DNA of 32,170 nt from Methanomassiliicoccaceae archaeon (GTDB lineage: Archaea; Thermoplasmatota; Thermoplasmata; Methanomassiliicoccales; UBA472). Position 1 is the stretch's first letter, and every line of letters begins with the position of its first letter. The notes beneath the pieces were generated by a model. That model made no database searches, was not told where the DNA came from, and was given only the letters and a program-made list of their open reading frames with translations. Of this stretch, positions 25,923-32,170 are shown piece after piece. The translations under genes were made by a program, and so were the position numbers. Location: NCBI GenBank assembly GCA_016919625.1, contig JACXTP010000121.1, forward strand, positions 1-32,170, given 5' to 3'.

Positions 25923-27517
25923 GGCATCAGCCCCAGGACGGTCTCGATCACGGGGCGCCAGCCATTGGTGGACAGGATTATGGGGAGGAGGAGGCAACCC
26001 GTGAGACAGACCCGGCTCACGCCGAGAGCAGGTGGCAAGGACCCGACCAGGGTGGCCACCGTCAGGACGATAAGTCCTGCGGGACCGCACAGGATGGCGC
26101 AAAGCGCGATGGTAAGGACCAGAATGGCCCGGGAGAGCCGTCCCCCGGAACTTCCGGATGACCTCCTGGCCACGATGGCCCCGACCTTGACCGTGAGGAC
26201 GAAAGCTAACAGAGAGGATATCAGCACGGACAGCAGCAACAGGGTGAGGTGGGCCGAGGTTGGTCGGGCCATGGCCTCGAGGGCGTCGTTACCGAGCATG
26301 CTCTCCACCACCATCAGGGCCCCGGTGCCTCCTTGCCCCGTGGAAGCCAATGCGAGAACGCCGAAGACCATGGAGGCTGTGCCGACGGCGGCGCTCAGGA
26401 CGATGAAACGTTCCGCGCTGGCCTCATCGTCCCGCTCGGTATCGCCGCAGATCATGGAGGCAGGGACGGTGGCGGATGTGGAGGTGATGCCAGGCACCAG
26501 GCCGGCCAGTAGGCCGGACAGGGAACCGCTCAGCACCACGTGGGACTCCATGCGGACCGGCCCTGGGTCCTGCTGCTCCGGGACCGGGCGGCCATCTTGG
26601 GAGGCCAGGAGCGAAGGCACCCCGAAGAGACCGGTGAGGAGGGGGAACATCATGTTGCCGTCGACCCCCGACCATGCGAGGTCAGGTAGATGCCCCCAGA
26701 GCACCGAGACCCCCAACAGACCGGAGAGGGCGACCACCCCGCAGGCCATGGCCATTGGGGCCCAGCGCTTACGGGTCAGTACCCATTGACCTTGCAGGGC
26801 GATATGCCCTCTAGGCAACCGACCCTTGAACTTGGCAGCGTATGTGCCTTGGGCGGTCTCGATCCGGTACCTTGACCAATGGCGCCGGGCCCGACCATGC
26901 AGGATGGCCTCCGCCCCCTTCATGGGCCGCGCCGGCAATATGGATGTCCTGGCCTCCTGGGAAAAGGACTTGCCCAAGAAAAGGGCCCTGACCTCGCGGT
27001 CCTGTCTCTGGCTTAGAACCAAAAGGAGCAGGACGAGCAAAAGGAGCCCTGGAATGTAAGCGTCAAGCCGGTCCAATGGCCCGGAGCCGCTCTGGAAGAA
27101 CAGGAGGAGCGGGACCGAGAGCAAAAGGGCTACCACGGCCCCGCAGAGGGAGCCACCGGCAGCTAGTCGCACGGCGAGAAGGCCCTTGCCTGCCATAAGG
27201 AGACGGTGCCCCGGCAGCACCGAGAGGCAGTCCTCCTCATCGGGCACGCCGATGAACACAGAAGGGATGAAGTCCAAAAAGCTGTGTGTCACCGCAGCGG
27301 ACACGATGACGCAGGAGAGAATCAGGGGGACGACCAAGGGATCCAGTTCGAGCTCCTCACATATGGGCTCAAGCAGTGATGACAGGCTAGGATAGCTGAT
27401 AAGGATCAGTAAGGCCATGGTGTTGACGTGGATGCCTGGGACCAGACCAGTGAAAGTACCGAGGGCGGTCCCGGCGAGCATTCCGCAAATGGCAATGAGG
27501 ACGACCACACCATCCAT
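25919..27517 (-). CDS. TctA / DUF112 family (tripartite tricarboxylate transporter-like) membrane protein
   Basis: GTFTGLVPGIHVN, HSFLDFIPSVFIGVP, LPGHRLL, PLLTGLFGVP, GLVPGITS. Confidence 0.85.
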   Translation of the reverse strand: MDGVVVLIAICGMLAGTALGTFTGLVPGIHVNTMALLILISYPSLSSLLEPICEELELDPLVVPLILSCVIVSAAVTHSFLDFIPSVFIGVPDEEDCLSVLPGHRLLMAGKGLLAVRLAAGGSLCGAVVALLLSVPLLLFFQSGSGPLDRLDAYIPGLLLLVLLLLVLSQRQDREVRALFLGKSFSQEARTSILPARPMKGAEAILHGRARRHWSRYRIETAQGTYAAKFKGRLPRGHIALQGQWVLTRKRWAPMAMACGVVALSGLLGVSVLWGHLPDLAWSGVDGNMMFPLLTGLFGVPSLLASQDGRPVPEQQDPGPVRMESHVVLSGSLSGLLAGLVPGITSTSATVPASMICGDTERDDEASAERFIVLSAAVGTASMVFGVLALASTGQGGTGALMVVESMLGNDALEAMARPTSAHLTLLLLSVLISSLLAFVLTVKVGAIVARRSSGSSGGRLSRAILVLTIALCAILCGPAGLIVLTVATLVGSLPPALGVSRVCLTGCLLLPIILSTNGWRPVIETVLGLMP

Positions 27518-27612
27518 GGCACTGCCATCGATAGCCTTCCATGAAGGGTGCGACCATTACTATCAGACTGCGCCGCGAAGGATTAAATCTCTGAGCTGGG
27601 TTCACTTTCGTA

Positions 27613-28524
27613 ATGGGCGATGTGGTGGTGGCGGAGAAGCTCGTAAAGAACTACGATGAGTTCCGCGCGGTGGACTCCATAGGCTTCAGCATCCATCAGG
27701 GCGAATGTTTCGGATTCCTTGGTCCTAACGGCGCGGGCAAGAGCACCACCATGCGCATGATCCATTGCGCCTCGCCATTAACGTCAGGCAGGCTCACGGT
27801 CCTCGATATGGACGTCCAGGTGGACCCGAGGCGCATCAAGGCGCTGATCGGCGTGGCTCCACAAGAGAACAACCTCGACCCAGACTTCTCGGTCATCAAG
27901 AATCTCACGTCGTATGCCCGCTATTTCAACATGGAAAAGGCACTGGCCCTGAAGCGGTCCGAGGAGCTGTTGAAGTTCATGCAGCTGACGGAGAAGCGTG
28001 ATGAAATGGTGGAGAGCCTCTCTGGGGGAATGAAACGCCGCCTCATCATCGCCAGGGCGCTGATCAACGAGCCCAGGATCCTCATCCTGGACGAGCCGAC
28101 CACCGGCCTCGACCCTCAGGCCAGGCACCTGATTTGGGAGCGGATACGCGAGCTGAAGCGCAAGGGTGTGACGGTGATCCTGACCACTCATTACATGGAC
28201 GAGGCGGAAAAGCTCTGCGACCGCCTGGTGATCATGGACAAGGGCAAGATCGTGGTGGAGGGGACGCCCCGCAAGCTCATCGAGGAGCGCATCGGAGCGG
28301 AGGTGTTGGAGATAGATGAGCCCAGCCCAGAGATGGAGGTCTTCGTCCAGGCGAAGGGATGGGATTTCGAGAGGACGGCGGACCGCTTGCTCATATACTC
28401 CCGCTGCTGCGAGGACCTGTTGGGCGAGCTGCGCACCAAGTTCCAGCTGGAATCGGTCATCATCCGCCGCGCCAGCTTGGAGGACGTCTTCCTCCGCCTG
28501 ACAGGGAGGAGGTTGGTCGAATGA
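27613..28524 (+). CDS. ABC exporter ATP-binding subunit (NodI/DrrA-like)
   Basis: GPNGAGKST, LSGGMKRR, ILDEPTTGLDP, TTHYMDEAE, SLEDVFL. Confidence 0.93.
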   Translation: MGDVVVAEKLVKNYDEFRAVDSIGFSIHQGECFGFLGPNGAGKSTTMRMIHCASPLTSGRLTVLDMDVQVDPRRIKALIGVAPQENNLDPDFSVIKNLTSYARYFNMEKALALKRSEELLKFMQLTEKRDEMVESLSGGMKRRLIIARALINEPRILILDEPTTGLDPQARHLIWERIRELKRKGVTVILTTHYMDEAEKLCDRLVIMDKGKIVVEGTPRKLIEERIGAEVLEIDEPSPEMEVFVQAKGWDFERTADRLLIYSRCCEDLLGELRTKFQLESVIIRRASLEDVFLRLTGRRLVE

Positions 28525-29306
28525 GCCTGGTGAAGAACATCAGCTGGCGCAGCTGGTCGGTCTGGAAGCGCAACCGGGATGTGTTCCTCACCACCTGGAA
28601 GACCAACTTCCTGCCGCCCTTCCTGGAGCCGATCCTATACCTGGTGGCAATGGGATTGGGCTTCGGGGTATTGATAAATGACCTGGTCTTCAGGGGGGAG
28701 ACCATCGAATACATCCAATTCCTGGCGCCTGGGCTCCTCGCCATCTCCATCATGTATGGCGCCTTCTTCGAGTGCAGCTTCGGCTCGTTCGTACGCATGC
28801 ATTACCAAAAGACCTTCGATGCCATGGTGGCCACTCCCCTGACGATAGAGGACGTCATCACTGGGGAGATCCTCTGGGGGGCGACGAAGAGCCTCATCAA
28901 CACCACCATAGTCCTGGTCGTGGTCACGGCCTTCGGGCTGGCAGATTTCCCAGGACTGATCTTCGTACCGGTGATCGCCTTCCTAGGCGGCATGATGTTC
29001 GCCAGCCTGGCCATGCTCTTCACCGCCCTGGTGCCGAACATTGACTCCTTCAACTACCCGTTCTTCCTGCTGGTAACGCCTATGTTCCTGTTCAGCGGGA
29101 CTTTCTTCCCCTTGGACGTTCTGCCTAATTGGGCTCAGACCCTGGCCTACGCCTTGCCTCTCACCCATGTCAGCATCGTGGTCCGCGACCTGTGCTTCAA
29201 CTATTTCGTGCTGATCGACCTAGCCAGCATAGCATACATGATCGTGTTCACGATCATCTTCTTCTTCGCATCCCTCTACCTCATGAAAAGACGCCTGATC
29301 AAGTGA
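28521..29306 (+). CDS. ABC-2 type permease (NodJ-like)
   Basis: EPILYL, YIQFLAPGL, PMFLFSGTFFP, LPLTH; ATGA overlap with the ATPase gene. Confidence 0.92.
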   Translation: MSLVKNISWRSWSVWKRNRDVFLTTWKTNFLPPFLEPILYLVAMGLGFGVLINDLVFRGETIEYIQFLAPGLLAISIMYGAFFECSFGSFVRMHYQKTFDAMVATPLTIEDVITGEILWGATKSLINTTIVLVVVTAFGLADFPGLIFVPVIAFLGGMMFASLAMLFTALVPNIDSFNYPFFLLVTPMFLFSGTFFPLDVLPNWAQTLAYALPLTHVSIVVRDLCFNYFVLIDLASIAYMIVFTIIFFFASLYLMKRRLIK

Positions 29307-29856
29307 TGACCCTGGTCCGACCCTGACGCACCTCGACCTTCACCAAGGTCTTGATGGTCACTCCCAGTTCCCTCTCCAAGGCTGGTCTCCGATCACCTTT
29401 CTCCACCACCACGATGATGTCGACGATGTGCACACCCATGCCCTGTAACGCCTTGACCATGGCCGCGATGGTCCCTCCGGTGCTGATGACATCATCTACG
29501 ATCACCACCCGGTCACCTTCCGAGATGCCGTTGATGAACATGTCAGTGCGGGAATATCCAGTGGTCTGTTGCAGGCTGACCTCGCCCGGAAGCCCGTATC
29601 GGCGCTTCCGCACCACGTTGTAGGGTATGCCGGTACTGAGCGAAAGGGGAACGGCGAGGGGGATGCCCATGGCCTCCGGGGCGACGATGAGGTCGCAATC
29701 GAAGTCGCCTATCTCTAGGATGCGGTCCACCACATCCTGTAACACTTTAGGATCCATCCGCGGGATACCATCGGTGATAGGATTTACGAAGTACTCGTAA
29801 TCGCCGATGACCACGATGGGGCTTTCCTCCAAGCTCCTTTTCAATCGTTCCAACAT
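29299..29856 (-). CDS. hpt: Archaeal hypoxanthine/guanine (adenine-like) phosphoribosyltransferase
   Basis: YFVNPITDGIP, EAMGIP, RKRRYGLPGE and PRPP loop VVIVDDVISTGGT; alternative start at 29895. Confidence 0.85.
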   Translation of the reverse strand: MLERLKRSLEESPIVVIGDYEYFVNPITDGIPRMDPKVLQDVVDRILEIGDFDCDLIVAPEAMGIPLAVPLSLSTGIPYNVVRKRRYGLPGEVSLQQTTGYSRTDMFINGISEGDRVVIVDDVISTGGTIAAMVKALQGMGVHIVDIIVVVEKGDRRPALERELGVTIKTLVKVEVRQGRTRVIT

Positions 29857-29941
29857 CGCCCCGCCATCCCTTTGGACGGTAATAAGGCTCACCATGGCGC
29901 GCCCAGAGCAGGTCGTTGGTAAGTCCTTCGACGTTGAGGGC

Positions 29942-30604
29942 TCAGTCCGCCAAGCCCCAGGTCCGTCCCCGGCGGCGCACCTTGCCTTCCGCCTCCAGGT
30001 CCTTCAGGGTGCCACGCACCAGATCGTGGGAGACGTCGATCTGGAACTGTTCCCGGAAGGCCTTCTGAACCTCATCCTCCGCTTTTCTTTCGATCAACGT
30101 CTTGGGGAGCAATGTGCGCAGGTCCTCATGCAAGTTCCAAGGGAAGATGAACCAGGTCCATTGGTCCTCTGGGACCTTGACCGAGTAGAAATCTGGTTCC
30201 ATTCGGGAGTGTGTGATGTGGAGCAGGGCGGCGGTGCGCACCTCTCTGGGGCGGAGGGCGTCGACATGGTTCCTGGCCAGTTTCAGGCTCTCCCCGGTGT
30301 CGGTGATGTCGTCGACGATGAGCACGTTCTCGTCCTCGATGTTGGCGTTCAGTTCCTGGGTCAGCAGGGCCTTCCCATCCTGGTTGGCGGTGATGCCCCA
30401 ATGCTCGGTCTTGATGGCATAGAGCTTCTTGACGTGTAGATGGTCGCACAGCAGGCGGGCCGGCACCCATCCCCCCCGGGTGAGCCCTATGATGACGGTC
30501 GGCTGGCATTCGCTGTCTCGGATCTGACGGGAAACGTCCAATGTCCATTTCGAAATCTCGTCATATGTGACCAGTTTGCACCGGAAGCTCTCGACCTTGT
30601 TCAT
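29942..30604 (-). CDS. Type I phosphoribosyltransferase (purine PRT, Gpt-like) with a C-terminal extension
   Basis: GLTRGGWVPAR, EHWG, VLIVDDITDTGESL, WFIFPWN. Confidence 0.88.
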   Translation of the reverse strand: MNKVESFRCKLVTYDEISKWTLDVSRQIRDSECQPTVIIGLTRGGWVPARLLCDHLHVKKLYAIKTEHWGITANQDGKALLTQELNANIEDENVLIVDDITDTGESLKLARNHVDALRPREVRTAALLHITHSRMEPDFYSVKVPEDQWTWFIFPWNLHEDLRTLLPKTLIERKAEDEVQKAFREQFQIDVSHDLVRGTLKDLEAEGKVRRRGRTWGLAD

Positions 30605-30675
30605 CGTCTCATATCCCCTGGGCCGACCCAGAGCAATTGCATGAAGGTTTCCAGGGTGATATTTTTTCCGGGACC

Positions 30676-32170
30676 TCAGTTGATGACGACCGGGACGAAC
30701 TCCTGCCTCTTGGTATCGAACAGGCCTTTGTCGCAAAGCTTGAGCTCAGGGACCACCAGCAGGCTCTGGAAAGAGAGCGTCATCATTGGCGCTGAGAGAT
30801 CGCATCCCATGCGAGCGAGCATCTCGAAGACACGGGCCTCATCCTCGGCCACGGCATGACAGGGTGCGGTGCTCATCAGGCCGGCCACGTCCAGTACGAG
30901 GGACTCGTGACGGTCATTGTCGGTGACATAGTACCCCCCGCCCTGTTCCGTTACCTTGTTCACCGCCTGGGCCAGGCATACCGGGTCAGGACCGATGGCG
31001 ATGATGTTGTGGGAATCGTGGGCCACTGTGGACGCCACTGCTCCCCTCTTTACCTTGAAACCTGAGACGAATCCCAGAGCCACCGGTGCCTGGTGGTATC
31101 GGTTCACGACCGCCATGGTGATGACGTCCTTTGTTAGATCGGACTGGATCACGCCGTCTTTGACCTCCAGTTCGGCCACCTCGGCCTTGCTGTTGATGTG
31201 ATTCGGCACCACGCGGATGACCCGGACCTTAGCCCTAGGGCCCTTGTGCGGAAGCGTGAACTCATCGGGCCTGCGGTGCTGTGCTGCCATGCGATCGCCC
31301 AGATGCACCGGTTTCGGGGTGAAGAGAGCCTTTCCGCTTTTCGCAACCAGATCTCCCGCCACATAAACCTCCTGGACGTTGAAGTCCTTCAGATCGTCCA
31401 CGATAACGATGTCGGCCACCTTGCCCTTGGCCAACGAACCGCCGGGAAGGAAGTAATGCCACGAAGGCCAAGCGGTGACCGCCCTGATAGCATGGATGGG
31501 GTCCATGCCCAGTGCCACCGCTTTTCTCAAAAGGTGGTCGAGATGACCCCTCATGAGGTCTGTCGCCTGGAGGTCGTCCGATACCAGGAAGCACTCGTTC
31601 GCCTTGGCGAAGGGGAGCAGGGCGCCGAGGTTTCGGTTGGCCGACCCCTCCTGGACCATGATCCACATCCCTAGATGGAACTTCTCCTCCGCCTCGTCCG
31701 CGGTCAAGGACTCGTGGTCTGAGGATATCCCAGCATTGATGTACTTCACCAGATCGCCCCCGATCAGACCGGGGCAGTGACCATCTACAGGCTTCCAATA
31801 CTCCCTGGCCACCTTGATCTTCTCTTTTATTCCTTTATCGTCCCGAAGAACTGCTTGGAAGTCCATCACCTCTCCCAATGCCACGAACTCTTTCATGCGC
31901 AGGAGCAGGTCTATCTCCTCCTTGCCGAAGACCGCACCAGAGGTATCATGCTTGGTGGAAGGGACACAGGATGGGGCGGTGAAATAGATGCGCAACGGAA
32001 CTCCGTTGGCGTCCTCGAGCATGTAACGCACACCGGTCATGCCAAGCACGTTGGATATCTCATGAGGGTCATTGATGACCGAGGTGGTGCCATGTGGTAC
32101 GGCGGCCTCGGCGAATCTAGAGGGGCAAAGTTGTGAGGACTCGATGTGTATATGGGCTTCTACGAACCCG
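30676..32170 (-). CDS. ade: Adenine deaminase (partial; start lies beyond the window end)
   Basis: GFVEAHIHIESS, HGTTSVINDPHEI, LGEVMDF, DGHCPGL, SDHE, SDD, AHDSHNI, LLVVPELKL. Confidence 0.93.
   Translation of the reverse strand, partial: GFVEAHIHIESSQLCPSRFAEAAVPHGTTSVINDPHEISNVLGMTGVRYMLEDANGVPLRIYFTAPSCVPSTKHDTSGAVFGKEEIDLLLRMKEFVALGEVMDFQAVLRDDKGIKEKIKVAREYWKPVDGHCPGLIGGDLVKYINAGISSDHESLTADEAEEKFHLGMWIMVQEGSANRNLGALLPFAKANECFLVSDDLQATDLMRGHLDHLLRKAVALGMDPIHAIRAVTAWPSWHYFLPGGSLAKGKVADIVIVDDLKDFNVQEVYVAGDLVAKSGKALFTPKPVHLGDRMAAQHRRPDEFTLPHKGPRAKVRVIRVVPNHINSKAEVAELEVKDGVIQSDLTKDVITMAVVNRYHQAPVALGFVSGFKVKRGAVASTVAHDSHNIIAIGPDPVCLAQAVNKVTEQGGGYYVTDNDRHESLVLDVAGLMSTAPCHAVAEDEARVFEMLARMGCDLSAPMMTLSFQSLLVVPELKLCDKGLFDTKRQEFVPVVIN

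Noticed and set aside
27601..27610. Third TCACTTTCG, upstream of the ABC ATPase
   Set aside because: It lies 2 nt before the ATG and downstream of the likely TATA, lacking the N20-TTTATACC geometry. Not counted as a damage box.
29303..29326. GTGATGA...CTGA box C/D-like words
   Set aside because: Spacing is too short for a C/D guide RNA, and the site lies within the hpt coding 3' end.

Overview
This is a GC-rich archaeal window, most likely Methanomassiliicoccales/Thermoplasmatota. That assignment is inferred from the archaeal ribosomal protein set (eS4, eL32, eL19), SUI1, Rnp1, Cbf5, the absence of eL34/eL14 and near-total avoidance of TAG stops. Contents from left to right: (1) a lower-GC patch with the 5' part of a bacterial-type large-subunit catalase (minus strand, runs off the edge) and a decayed IS5-family transposase not evident in the ORF track; (2) an NADH oxidase-like flavoprotein, the radical SAM enzyme RaSEA and a small conserved protein; (3) the S10/spc-like superoperon from uL3 through secY, DUF106, cmk and cbf5, preceded by a structured ~190-nt leader; (4) a candidate DNA-damage/mutagenesis module made of a beta-CASP nuclease divergent from an ATPase-dead RecA/RadA-fold protein, a small helical protein and a PolB2 polymerase; (5) a YdjM-like membrane protein, a TctA/DUF112 permease, a NodIJ-like ABC exporter and a purine salvage cluster. 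In module (4), both transcription units carry the same upstream box (CTCACTTTCGG-N20-TTTATACC), two proteins end in PIP-like clamp motifs, and an AT-rich spacer with paired palindromes sits inside the cassette. All family assignments come from motif recognition by eye; no database search was run.
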